From Harriotta raleighana (taxonomy: Eukaryota): a stretch of 64,000 bases of DNA. The position numbers and the translations under genes are program-made. The notes under the pieces were generated by a model that did no database searches, was not told the DNA's origin, and saw only the letters and a list, made by a program, of their open reading frames with translations. This document shows, one piece after another, positions 37,475-50,540 of the stretch (its first letter is position 1; each line of letters begins with the position of its first letter). The DNA lies in NCBI GenBank assembly GCA_050575255.1, contig JBNZDD010013668.1:2822847-2886846 (forward strand). The letters are read 5' to 3'.

Positions 37475-38510
37475 CAACAACAACAACAACAACAACAAAA
37501 TTACATTTATAGAGCGCGTTTCACGTCAGGAGGACGTCCCAAGGCGCTGGACAGATGATTTAAGACCCGAGCAGGGGGAAATGTTCAGGGCGAGGGGGGA
37601 GGGGGAGGGTGGGAGCAAGGAGGAGGTAGAGAGTCGAGAGGGGAGCTGAAGGCACGGTTGAAGAGAAAGGTCTTGAGACCGGCCTTGAAAGAGGAAAGGG
37701 AGGGAGCGAGGCGAAGGCNNNNNNNNNNNNNNNNNNNNNNNNNNNNNNNNNNNNNNNNNNNNNNNNNNNNNNNNNNNNNNNNNNNNNNNNNNNNNNNNNN
37801 NNNNNNNNNNNNNNNNNNNNNNNNNNNNNNNNNNNNNNNNNNNNNNNNNNNNNNNNNNNNNNNNNNNNNNNNNNNNNNNNNNNNNNNNNNNNNNNNNNNN
37901 NNNNNNNNNNNNNNNNNNNNNNNNNNNNNNNNNNNNNNNNNNNNNNNNNNNNNNNNNNNNNNNNNNNNNNNNNNNNNNNNNNNNNNNNNNNNNNNNNNNN
38001 NNNNNNNNNNNNNNNNNNNNNNNNNNNNNNNNNNNNNNNNNNNNNNNNNNNNNNNNNNNNNNNNNNNNNNNNNNNNNNNNNNNNNNNNNNNNNNNNNNNN
38101 NNNNNNNNNNNNNNNNNNNNNNNNNNNNNNNNNNNNNNNNNNNNNNNNNNNNNNNNNNNNNNNNNNNNNNNNNNNNNNNNNNNNNNNNNNNNNNNNNNNN
38201 NNNNNNNNNNNNNNNNNNNNNNNNNNNNNNNNNNNNNNNNNNNNNNNNNNNNNNNNNNNNNNNNNNNNNNNNNNNNNNNNNNNNNNNNNNNNNNNNNNNN
38301 NNNNNGGCCGAAAGGTCGAGGAGGACGAGGAGGCAGAGGGAGCCCTGGTCACAGATGGTCAGGATGTCATTGGTGACCTTGACCAGGGCAGTTTCCGTGC
38401 TATGGGCAGCACGGAAACCCGACTGGAGGGGTTCGAGGAGTGAGTGGGTGGAGAGGAAAGAGCGCAGCTGGGAGGCGACAACTCTTTCCAGAACCTTGGA
38501 CAGGAAGGGG
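37475..38510 (-). mobile_element. Young L2 LINE 3' part spanning the assembly gap 37719-38305
   Basis: (TTG)n tail and 3' region nearly identical to 4975-5200. After the gap come RT-upstream motifs (CAGCACGGAAACTGCCCTGGTCAAGGTCACCAATGAC on the minus strand). Confidence 0.85.
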
Positions 38511-38754
38511 AGTACTGTACGTTAAAGATTTCTACCTTCACCAATCGAATACTGCCATAAAAGGTAAATTGTATTTATTTCAGGTTTAACCATTTATTTG
38601 TATCCACTCATGCATTAAATTATCTTTTCAATATACACACAGGGCTTTTCTCACCATCCCACAAACAGCCATGAAGTGAATGACCAATCTCATCAGCAGG
38701 ATTCTTGTCCAGGACACTGGGAGAAACATCTTTTCTTTTTCAATGGTGCCATTT

Positions 38755-40327
38755 GTAGTCCTGTAGCTCAGTGGTGAGAGCTCTCGCCATGTACAACAAT
38801 AACAACAACAACAAAATTATATTTATAGAGCGCCTTTCATGTCGGGAGGACGTCCCAAGCTGCTGGACGAGTGAGACCTGGGTTCGATTCCTAGCAGGGC
38901 GCAACCTTGGGAAAGTTTCCTTGCTCCATACAGCTGATAATAATCCCTCAAAAAAAATTGGTCACCTCAATCCAAAACTGTTTCTGGGACACTACTGAGC
39001 ACAATTGGCTGCAGCGTTTTGTCCACAATTATACAGTCAATTTACTTTATTGTATATTCTGTGAAGCGTTTTGAGATGTCTCAAGAATATGAACGAAAAT
39101 AGAAGTGCACGGAATCAGAGGTAACAATAACAATAAAATTACATTTATAGAGCGCCTTTCACGCTTGTAATGTGGCTTGGCAATTGGTTGGGAGGCAGGA
39201 AACAGAATAGGGATAAAGGGAACATTCTCTGATTGGGAGACATGACATGTGGTGTCCCCCAGGGGTCTGTATTAGGACCTCAGCTATTTGCCATATATAT
39301 AAATGACTTGGATGAAGGAAAATAAAGTTTTATATCCAAGTTTGCAAATTACACTAAGATAGGAGGCTCAGTAAGTAGTGTAGATGGGAGAAGGAAGTTA
39401 CACGAGGTCTTAGACAGATTAAGTGAGTGGGCAAAGCTGTGGCAGATGGAATTCAATGTTGGGAAGTACGAGGTCATCCACTATGGAACGAAAAAAGATA
39501 GGGCAGACTATTTTCTTAATGCAGAGTAATTAAGAACTGTGGAGGAGCGAAAAGATTTGGGTGTCCTTATTCACAAATCACGAAAAACTAGTTCCCAGGT
39601 ACAAAATATAATCAAAAAGGCAAATGGAATACATGTATTGGCTTTTATCTTAAGAAGCCTGGAATTCAAAAGGGGAAGAAATGATGCTTCAGCTGTACAG
39701 AGTGTTACCCACCTGGAGTACTGTGTTCAGTTATGGGCACCACACCTCAGGAAAGATATATTTGCCCTGGAGGGGGTGCAGCAAAGGTTCACCAGAATGT
39801 TACCAGGACTAAAAGGGTTAAGTTATGAGGAAAGGCTGCGTAAACTTAGATTTTATTCCCTTGAATTTAGAAGATTGAGGGGTGATTTGATAAAGGTTTT
39901 TAGGATGATAAAGGGATTTGATAGGGTAGATACAGAGAATCTATTTCCTCTGGTGGGAATTCAAAACAAGGGTACGTAGTCTTAAAATGAGAACCAGGCC
40001 ATTTAAGAGTGAAATTAAGAAGCATTTTTTCACTCAAAGATTGGCAGAAATCTGGAATTCTCTACCTCAAAAGGTCATGGATGCTGGATCCATCCACACT
40101 TTCAAAAGTGAGCTTGATAAATTTTGGGTAGGTCGGGATATTAAGGGATATGGGGAGAAAGTGGGAAATTGCAATTAAAAGTATTAGCAGAGATATAGGT
40201 TAGTCATGATCTAATTAAATGGTGGAACAGGCTCGACGGGCTGAATGGCCTACTCCTATTCGTATGTTCCTATGTCTCGAAGACATGAAAAGCACTATAT
40301 GAAGTGCAAGGATTATTATTATTATTA
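38755..40327 (+). mobile_element. tRNA-SINE split by a short L2 tail (about 38792-38866) and by a CR1 (39094-40272)
   Basis: SINE head at 38755-38790, resuming at about 38867; the tail resumes at about 40272. Confidence 0.75.
39094..40272 (+). mobile_element. CR1 LINE, 5'-truncated (RT C-terminal part + 3'UTR)
   Basis: GVPQGSVLGPQLF..YINDLDEG, KFA..TKIGG, WQMEFNVGK, EERKDLGVLIH, HLEYCVQLWAPHLRKDI.ALEGVQQRFTR, YSLEFRRLRGDLI, HFFTQRL..IWNSLP; ends TATGTTCCTATGT. Confidence 0.92.
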
Positions 40328-40359
40328 TGTGATCTTTAACATCCACTTTAACAGGCAGA

Positions 40360-40485
40360 CAGGACCCTCCCCACCCCACTGGATCCCAACCCCTAGCTCA
40401 GGTCCGAATTCTTGACTATCCAACACCTTGAGATGTTTGCTCAATGTGAAAGACGCTATACAAATGTAACTGATTGTTACTGTTA
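40360..40485 (+). mobile_element. L2 3' tail fragment
   Basis: CTCAGGTCC...GTGAAAGACGCTATACAAATGTAA. Confidence 0.6.
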
Positions 40486-41278
40486 TTGCCTCTTGTATGC
40501 TCTTCTGACCCACTTCTCTTCTGTTCCATCATGTGAAGCACTTTTAGATGTGTCAATAGCATGTAAATCAACACTATCGCTCAGCAACTGACTACAGCAA
40601 TTCATTTTTGATGCATTACCACAGGTGCATTTTGCTGAATAATGTTGATTTTATTCTTTCATGTTTGAAAGAATTACAGAAAAGTATTAGCAAAGGGAGT
40701 TGTTACTGATATTGTGGGTTGAATCCTAAATATGTTACTACAGTCCAAGTGGGAGTATTGGAAGCCTGTGATAAAGGAGTTGTGAAAATAGCTTCTCCAT
40801 AGTTATATTTCTCAATTAAAGAACCTATAGACAGGCAGAAGTACTGTATTGTGTTAGCTAAAGGTTACTCATGTTTTCTGCAAAGATATATAGTAAAATA
40901 TTGTACAGTATATAGGAAACATATTAGACAGTAAAAGTTAAAATAAAAAAAACTTAGTATTTGCTGTTTGATTCTGCAGAGAAGACAAAACTCCAATGTT
41001 CATTGAATATGATTATATTCACATTTCTGATTAGAACAAAAAAATCTATTTCTGTAAATTAGGGATTTCTCTTTTAGTCTAGGGATTTCATTTTAATCAC
41101 AATGTTTACACAAAACAGGAAAGTATGCATAACCTGAAATATGTAGGTTTAAAACAAAAAACACACTATAGTTATTGCGCTAATGACACAACATGTCACA
41201 ATACAGGCAGAGAAGTTGCGTGTTGAATGATGGTGGCAATCAATAAATAATAATTCATATTAATCACAAATTGATGTA

Positions 41279-41890
41279 AAGGGAAGCCCTCGCTTAACGT
41301 TCTTTGGTCAACGTTGTTTCACTATTACGTTGCTGATGCATAGGGAACATATATCCATTTAATGTTGCGACATTCGCTATTACGTCGTTCACCAATGGAT
41401 GGAAACAAAATACTGTACTTTGGGTAGCGGAGGGTACCAACCGGTATTCTGACACAGCATCCATCCTCAGTCTTAATGTCGCCATTTTAAGTTTGTGCTC
41501 AGTGTGAGATCAGTAATATTTTTTATCGGGATTTATTTGTGAAATCCTCTATAAACATGAGTGAAAAATGTCCAGGAAGTGACAGTTATGAGTCTGATAG
41601 TAAAAAAAAAACCCAGGAAAACTATTACCCCAAAATGAATTTAAATGTTTTAACCCATTTTGATGCTGTGTGTTATGTTATTTAAATTTCTATATTTTTA
41701 TATTTTACATTTATGAATGTACATATATTTAAAAAAAAATTGTTAGAAAATTTTGATGAAAAATGTCCAAAAGATACTAACTCCAGTTTATACATTAATT
41801 CTTATGGGGAAAATATGTACGCTTAACATTGTTTCTCTTAAAGTTGCACTTTTCAAGAACAGACTACGACGTTAAGTGAGGATAAGATTA
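41279..41890 (+). mobile_element. Tigger/pogo-type non-autonomous DNA transposon (about 610 bp)
   Basis: TIR cores CCCTCGCTTAACGT (41287-41300) and ACGTTAAGTGAGGA (41869-41882). Internal ATGAGTGAAAAATGTCCA...AAACCCAGGAAAACTATTACC (MSEKCP...KPRKTIT). The outer ends are eroded. Confidence 0.7.
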
Positions 41891-42134
41891 CAAACAGGTC
41901 TATATTGCTATATTGTAGATTTCTAAAAATCTGTACATTTGATTGTACTTTCACCAGTACCAATCAATTTTATGAAATCAGAGAGTATTTCATCAATAAA
42001 ACTTCAGGTTCATTTCTTAATAAGTATTCCTGAATTTACTAACCTTGCCAATAAAATTTCCTACCAAATAGCAAAGGTCTACATTGGGAACTGCCTCACA
42101 TACATAAATATGCAATTAAAATACATAGGGATAA

Positions 42135-42410
42135 TTTATTTAATAATCCTTGCATTTGTTATAGTGCCTTATCACGCTGTCAAGACATTTCAAAGTGCTT
42201 CACAAGATGTACTGTAAAGTGGTTTTGGCTGTGGATATTATAAGCGAAACACAGCAACAACAATGACGCACTAATAACTATGAAGTGTGCAATTGATTCT
42301 ATCTGGGGGCTTTTTGTCCAGAACATTGGGTGAATCTGTCCTCTCTTTTCGAATAGGGCCAAGGGATCTTTAATGTCCACCTGAACTGACAGGTGGGACT
42401 TCAGTTTAAT
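42135..42410 (-). mobile_element. Older Deu-SINE 3' part
   Basis: GGGATCTTTAATGTCCACCTGAAC...TCAGTTTAAT plus SINE tail on the minus strand. Confidence 0.65.
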
Positions 42411-43888
42411 ATCTGTAGGATGTTAATCTTCTGAGACATACTTTAATGGTGAGTTGGAGTTTCCTATGGTAAGTACTACACAGCATATATATGTTTTTCA
42501 CCAAGCAATAAATATAACTTTATCATCCATCAGACCCCTTTCAACATGGAGTATAATATAGATAACTTTAACACAGACCTACTTTCATTTATTCCACTTG
42601 GAAAATAAAGTGCTTGTCATTAATTTAAATAATTATTGTGTTGTACAATTTGTTCCAGAAACTAGTAATGTACAAATTAGCTCAAATTGTGATTAAAACT
42701 TAATGTTTCTAACATAATTGGTAAAACAGTGGAATTATTTTAAATATCATTCTGTTTCAAGTAAACTCTTTCCCCACTTATCACAGACTAAAAGCAATTT
42801 GGTTTTGATAGAAAATCTATGGAAATATCAAATAGGAGTGATTGCTTAAATTAAATAAATGTAAATCAAGCAATAACTGAAGTGCCTGCTTTTATTAGTA
42901 TTTATTGTGTTGATTCAATGAAAGTACTATTAACGTGATACCAATAAGGTAATTAACTCCATGATGCAATTCAATCCTACAGTTTTCTGGTCCAAAAGTT
43001 CAACAAAATTAATGGACTAAAAGAATTGGCTCAATAAAAGAATGAACAGTAGAATAATATGAGGGGAAAAAAGTATGTTAATCAATGATCTTTGCCACTA
43101 ATATAACGATAATAATCCCTATATATGGTATAATGCCTTTCACAGGATCCCAAGACGCTTCCCAGGATATATTATAAAGTATAGTGACTATATTTTCTGG
43201 AAAAACATTTAACAATCGATGCCAATTTTAGTTCTAATTGCTGTAAAATGTAAATAGTATTTCTTCGCAACACAATTGGAAATAATTCCAATGCACTTAT
43301 TACTAATAAATAAATATATAAATCATAATTTATGAATACCTTTTATGTCTTTTTGCGCTATCATTTGTAAGTTTTGGCAAAATGTTTTGTAACAACAGAT
43401 GCTGTGAAATAGGATGACCAATTGACAGTTCATGTTCACATTTTCTACATAACTTTCCAAACGATGGAAGCAAATATCAAGAGAGCTATCAGATTCACAA
43501 TGATAGACTAAAAGGCATTAAGTGGAGGTCCACTGTGTATTATTTTTGAGAGGAAGAGGTTCACAGTTGATGGGGAAATGGTGATTGAAAGGGGAGAAAT
43601 GACGTAAATTTAAAATATAAAACAATAAGAAATAACGTTTGAAAACTTGGAATTAGACATAGACCATTTTAGTGATTACTGAGTCCACGTCAGTGGTTCA
43701 CAGATAAATTAGATCACTGTCTTCAGTCCACTCAAATACAATGAAACAAGTTCATGTTGTTTCCAAAATAACATTCCTATTTTCTCTGAGAAAAAGTGAT
43801 GAACATCAGAAATTATCCTATGTTTAGTAGACTACTAGTCAGTTATACAAAATCTGAGGCCTTATGTTAAAGCACAAAATTGGTACAG

Positions 43889-44208
43889 TAATAATAATCC
43901 TTGAATTTGATATGGCACTTTTCATATCTTCTAGATGTCTCAAAATACTTCACAGAATATACTGTAAAGTGAATTGACTGTATATTTGTGGGTGAAACAC
44001 GGCAGCCAATTACGCACAGCAATGTCCCACAAACAGTCGTGGATTGAAATGACCAATTTAATTATTGTGTTTTTTTTGAACAGATTATTATTAGGCATGT
44101 GGAGTAAGGAATATGTGCCCAAGGTTTCGCCCTGACCTGGCTGGATTCGAACAAAGGTCTCACGCTTGTAAGGCGAGTGCTCTAACCACTGAACTACAGG
44201 ACTCCACA
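43889..44208 (-). mobile_element. Full-length tRNA-SINE, short form
   Basis: Complete reverse complement of the consensus. Confidence 0.9.
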
Positions 44209-44329
44209 GTACAGTACAGGTACATTGTTTTACATAAATTTTCTTGATTTAAAAATCTTGTGGATAATTCAAACAACCAAACCTGTGGGTTATTACTTTA
44301 ATTACATGTAACATTCTGATAACTTGTGA

Positions 44330-45320
44330 TGAAGTTCCAATCTGCTTGGATCTCAAATATTGTAGTATCTCAGCATAATGGATCTACATTTGTAACTGGC
44401 TGCAATATAGTCATTGCTCCTCTGCACTTCTGTTTATTTTTGTTTCCATTTGTGGGATGCAACTTGAATCAGGCTGGCAAGCTACGCGAGGAATGGCTGA
44501 AGTTAAATTGTTCTGTATTCCATTGATGAATGTGTTTGTTTCAAACTGAGGCACTGTAATCATTCATAGTCTGGTCAACTGTTCCACTCTTGAGACGAAT
44601 GTGGACAGAAAATGGACACACACACAAAATAACAAGTTTAAGATATTGCACTAATGGGCATCCATGATGTAATGAGTGAAGTGTTATTATTATCACCTCT
44701 ACCTCGGCACTTGTTCAGTCTCCTGTTTGTCGGCATGATACTGTATAATTTTTGGTGAGCCAGGTGCTGACACGAGAGGAATCTCATCAACATATTTAAG
44801 AGTATCCAAACCAAGCTGAGATTTCCACACATCTCGCCTACACATGGAAATCCCAGAGATAAATTGTTGGAATGGAATGCACACTCTCTCCCTGAAGGAA
44901 GGGATCCTGCTTACCTAATTCCAGAAAGCATTAGGTGCAGTAGGAGCCAAGGCTTGGGGACCCCAGAGTGTGCTTTGGAATACTTTTGGGAGTCTAACCA
45001 GCTAAAGCAATATAGTTTGCCATGAATAACACTGCCTGGCAAGCTTTTCCGCTTCCCAGCTAGGGCTACCTTCCTCATTAGTTCCTTGGTTTGCAAAGTT
45101 AACAGGAGTTGAGTGGGAGGATTCCCTGCCCTCAGTGAATGGTCTGCACTTCCAGGTCCTGATGATAATCCAGGGTGGCTGTGCTGTCATTAGCAGTGTC
45201 CTAGAATACTGCAGACCCACCTGGCTCAGGAACCGACCAAGACCACCACAGAGGCTGGCTCGGTTCTGATATTCTGTTGCCATATTCTGGAGCTACTTAT
45301 TGAGCATGTTGCTGCCTTTA
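44330..45320 (-). mobile_element. Second copy of the decayed element homologous to 36.7-37.1 kb (possible LINE 5'UTR + endonuclease remnant)
   Basis: Colinear homology to 36693-36990. Minus-strand ...SLITSW and ..QE weakly resemble an APE N-terminus. Confidence 0.4.
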
Positions 45321-47618
45321 AGCTAAATGCCAAGTAATTTCATCCAACCACATCATGCTCAACTGTTGTGATCCCTTTTATTGTCATACCATAGTTGGTT
45401 CGGTGAGTTCTCCAGCACTCCTGGGGCAAGATTAATGAGGTTTTAATACAATAGTTTAAAGTGTAGTGGAAATTGGTGTCTGGGACATCAATTAAAGTTT
45501 GACCCACTGCTCTCAAAACCACCTCTGGAAGCTGGTTTTCTCCGCAATTCCATTTCAGATTTATATTGTGATCCAATGCCATTGGGTGCAGCATAAAAGT
45601 AGTTTGGGGCAGTGCAGCAAAATTGAATTGATGTCTCTCTTATACAGTATTGCAACTATTTCTAATAAACCTTGAAAGTTCAAGGAAAATGAAGTTTGAA
45701 GTTCTTAGGCAATCTGTTCACAGAACTCGTTAATCAAATTGGAAATTAATAAGTGTTTGACACTGGTTTGCAGAATTCTGCTGATTTTCTTACTTGTGTA
45801 TACACGGAAAGTAATTTAGAGTGGACAAGTCTCAATTAGGTTTTTTGCTCCAAATGTCTTCACTACAAGAAGCATTGTTGTTCACTGGCTGCAGCACCAC
45901 ATAATAAGATTTACTGATTTAATTCCCAAACCACCTACAGAACATAGTTTTAGAGTGAGGTTAAAAATCATATTGATGTCCCATAAACTGGAATAATATT
46001 GTGCTTAGAGTACGAATTTGACACAAAATTTGCTTTGAATCAGTGCTAGAGGTTCAATAGAAATGAAGCTTAATCGCATTTTCTGTAGGACATGGATATA
46101 TACTGTCATTGTCAGTCTGATTTTGATTCTTCTTCTGTTTTCCAACAACAACAAGCACTTATATAGCGCCCTTCATACCGGGTACTGTCTCAGAGCACAA
46201 ACAGTTTTGTTATTGTTCAGCATGATAAATAGAACTTCACTCAACCCAATGGAGAAGGCTGATGAAGGTGCCAATTTTCTAGATTTGAAATGAACATAGA
46301 TTAATGAGGCAAATCTACAGATTTGGAATCAACTCATTTTATTCAGCAATTTAGCTATTTGAAATGCAGAAATGCTATTACTTTGACAGCTGACAGATGT
46401 TTTAAATGAAATTATTTTCTCTATGTCCTGTCAACATGTAAATTCAATTTGAAAGCACAACTGCATAAGGATAACATGTAATCAAATTGTATGCCACATA
46501 AGATTTTTAACAAGATTTCTGTAGTAGAAATAGATGACTATGCAAAAAAAGACTACTGAGGTCATATAATGCTTGAAAGAAGCCCCATAGCACATCAAAA
46601 TGCTAAGTGCATTTGTCACTTTCTCCTTTATGACTGACAAGGAGCTGTACAGAAACAGCAAAAGCAAGCCTGAAATTATCAGGATCAGAATCTAAAACAG
46701 AATTTCGAATTGGTTTCCAAATTATTTTATCTGTGATCGTAACACCAACATTCAAGACAAAGTAATTAAAAAGTACTGTGAAGCCGTAAAGGATATTCCA
46801 ATATTAAATATCTTAAGAGCTGTTCTTGAATATTATGTCATTTTCCTGATTTGGCCATTTGACTATAGAGAATTTAACTGACAGAAATTCAAAAATTAAT
46901 CTGTAATTCTAATCTCAAAAGCAGTAGTTTAAGAATTTCATTATAAATGTACAAAGTGTACATTTATTCTGTATGAAAAAAAATTATTCAATGAAATGAA
47001 AGCTCTTTTTCCTATACAGTATTTGTAAAAAAAAACATTTCTTATCTGTCCTTATTGGACAATGAAAAAGTCGTTCTTGAATGTCCAATAGCAAACTCTA
47101 ATTTATATATTTTCTCCAGTTCTTGTACAGATTATGAACTGATCCATTTACAGACAGTCATTTGTTTTGAAGGACCTACTTGTCCTTAGTTATATCATCA
47201 AATGCAATAAACCTCACTTCACAAACGTATTCAGAGCTTCATAATATCAATAATATCAGGGCACCTCCCCTTCCCCACTTGCTTGAGTCCAACTTTCCAC
47301 AGTGAACGCTCCAAAATGTTATTCCCCGAATGTATCTCTTGGCTTAAATTGTGTTTGGCTCAGCAATCTGTAATAAAACTTTAAATTTCCATTTGCTTGC
47401 TCATGAGAACAAAACCTCAAATCTTAAAATACCATCTTTGTTACACCACTAGTAGCAGGTTAGTGAGATTCTGTGTGGAAAAAGTGGGAGAAACATTACA
47501 CTATAATGAAATTTTATTGAATAGTGATTCAACATCAATCACAACAAACCTACTGAACTACTTAATATAGAATATAGTAAGAGAAAATGCAAAGTGTATG
47601 TTATTATACAGTGTGTAA

Positions 47619-47755
47619 TACTGCTGTGTGCGATTGGCTGCTGCGTATCACCCACAAATATAGAGTGAATTCACTTTACGCAGTATATTCTATGAAGCGC
47701 TTTGAGACATCTGGAAGACGTGAAAGGCGCTATATCAAACTGCAAGGATTATTTT
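47619..47755 (+). mobile_element. tRNA-SINE 3' tail fragment
   Basis: CTGCTGTGTGCGATTGGCTGC...GTGAAAGGCGCTATATCAAA. Confidence 0.8.
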
Positions 47756-49640
47756 ATTTTTTCTCCATCATTTAGAATTAGAACTAGTGGCTAGTTAAAT
47801 TTTTTTAATGAAATTTTATTTTTTCTTGAGACAAAACAACTAGAAATGTTTTAAATATTAAAAAGTTAACTTTTGCGTGACCTGCTGGAAATTTTCAAGC
47901 TTGTGAAAGGGAAGAGGAAAGGTTGATCGAAATAAATGATTCAGTAAAGTTTTGAACACAAGTTACAAAGTAGGAGTAAGAAGGTAAATAATTTTCAACA
48001 TGTTCTACCAGAAAAGGCTTTTGAATCAGACAGTGGACTTAAAGTGCAGTATTTACAATAGAATCGAAAAATATTGAATATCAATGGTAGTTGGATAGGT
48101 GTCAACCCTAAATCCAGGAATTTGGCTTTAAATATCACAGCTAAGAGCTGATGAATGAATTATTAAAATCATTTTCTAAGAAATATTCTGTTTGAATCAA
48201 TATAGTGATTGAGAGGAGGATTTTGAATGGATGTATTTGAATCAGCAGTGCATGGATTGAACAGAACTGAATACAGACTTGCATTCAGGCATGTTTCCGA
48301 TCTGAAAAGTATTTAAACAATTAAAACATTAAAACTGTTTCAAAACACTATACACTTGTTTAGTTTACTTGCTGTTATATTAACAAATACATTTCAAGTA
48401 CACAAATAAGGCATTGATAAACTATGAAAAGTGAAACTGCGTGGAAAGATACTTGAAAAGAAAACCACAGCTTTGTGCTCTGATTAAAAACATGTGTTCT
48501 GCAGTCAGATAAACATTCAAAGTTTCCATTCTCCCTTTTTTATTCAGGACTGGAGTTGAACTGTGTAGTTTCTTATCTAGAATAATTGGAAGTGTGTCTT
48601 CAGAGGAGGAATTTAGTTATCCAATAATAATCAAAATAATAATAATCAAAATAATAATCCTTGCATTTGGCATAAGCATAAGCCATCTCAAAGCAATTTA
48701 CAGGATTTACCCTTAAGTGAAAAGACTGTTTGTAGGCAAATGTGGCTGCTCAACTGTGCACAGCAATGTCCCACAAACAGCCATGAAATTAAGACAAAGG
48801 CTCTGAGATGCTACCCGACATGAAGTGCTCTATATAAGCACAAGTTGTTATTAATGTTGAAACAAATTTTATCAGAACCCTTGTCCAATCAATCAAAATC
48901 AATTTCCATCAATCTTCACTTCAAATCTGACCCAAAGTTTCTATATTTTCCAATGCATCAAGCCTGTCTCAGTTCTGTACCAATTACTGTAAAACAAACT
49001 CTTAGTTCTAGCAATTGCAAATATTGTAGTATTCCCAAAAGTACAAAATTGTCAAATTTTGCTGTTGAAGAAAATTTGAAGTAACAATTTTAAATTGAAT
49101 GATAAATTTAAACTTAAATCTATACATTATTGTTTTGACCTGAGAAGCAAGGATAGTGAAGCTGATGTTATTTACTTAAATTTTCAGAGAGTAAGCACAT
49201 CATGGTCAAATTTAAGAAATCACAAACTGATGGTAAAATTTGGTCTGGATAGAAAACTATCTTACAAAAAGAAAACAGTCATCATAAATGATCAGTGTAT
49301 CTTAGAATCATATTGGATCCTTGTATTTTTAATACATAAAATACAACCATTAGATGCAAATGTTCTAACAAAAATCTTCACCTTTGGGAACAGGACCATA
49401 ACAACAACAACAAAATTACATTTACAGAGTGCCTTTCATGTCAGGAGGTCGTCCCAAGGTGCTAAAAAGCACAATAGGATGCAGTGGAAATAATTTGTGA
49501 AAATCCAAGAAGTTTTGAATTTTTTAGTTAGTTTATCTTATAGTTGGCACAACTAATTCAATATACTGTACAATAAGTGCAAAATATATAGGGTAGGCGC
49601 AAGCAACCAAAATAGGGAATACATGTTAAATGTCCACTAT

Positions 49641-49890
49641 AGTCCTGTAGCTCAGTAGTTAGAGCGTTACAAGCGAGATCTGGGTTTGATTCCTGGCAGG
49701 ACAAACCTTTGGGCAAGTTTCCTTACTGCACATGCCTGATAATAATCACTAAAGAAAGGCAAAACAATAATTTGGTGACTCAATCCACGAATGTTTGTGA
49801 CACACTGCTGTGCGCAACTGGCTGCTGCATTTCACCCAGAAGTATACTTTATCTTTGTCTAGAAGATGTGAAATGTGCTACATCAAATGA
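49641..49890 (+). mobile_element. tRNA-SINE, diverged copy
   Basis: AGTCCTGTAGCTCAGTAGTTAGAGC...GGGCAAGTTTCCTTAC... Confidence 0.8.
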
Positions 49891-50189
49891 TATAGTGATA
49901 TAGAGCTTTTCACATCTTATTATTGTTACAGTGTGTGGATCGGAAACATGTTCCTGGTGTTAATGGAGATAAATTGATAAAACTGTCAACCCAGTACTTT
50001 ACACTTGATTGGGGATTAACTGTGGGATTAAGAACAAATTAAAAGGTTACATTGTTATTGGATAAGATATTGGTCAGACACCATCTGGAATACTATACTA
50101 TATATTGTTTTGGACAACCCTCTAGTAACTTTGCTTCAATGTGACCAGAGTTTATATTGGAAGTGAGTTTGAACAGGCCAACATGAGAG

Positions 50190-50540
50190 ATCATTTCACA
50201 ATACCTCCAGACCTCTCAATCCTGCTCACACCCCACTCCTCTACCTTCCCACTTCGCTCAGCAGGCTCGGGCCATTCACATATCCCCCACAATCTGCTCC
50301 AAAATTAACAGCCATGCTTTCAGTCACCTTGCCCTGATGCACCATGCCAACCCCTTTTCACAATTTCTCTGCCTTTCTCCCACTTTGCCTGTCTACAGAT
50401 GACACCTGATCACTTTTGTCTTCAAACATGCCTGGGGTTACCTCTTCATCCTCCCCTGGCTGGGCATCAAACTGTACCATTGCTAAGCGCTCTAAGATGC
50501 TTCGTCATGTGAAGATTGCTATATAAATGTAAGTTGTTAT
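50190..50540 (+). mobile_element. Decayed L2 3' end
   Basis: CTTCGCTCAGCAGGCTC...GCTTTCAG...GTGAAGATTGCTATATAAATGTAAGTTGTT. Confidence 0.6.

Noticed and set aside
37585-38443. Long ORFs of 255-261 aa
   Set aside because: They span a 587-N gap; the flanks are L2 sequence.
45157-45200. CTGATGA hammerhead-like core
   Set aside because: No stem II followed by GAAA downstream.
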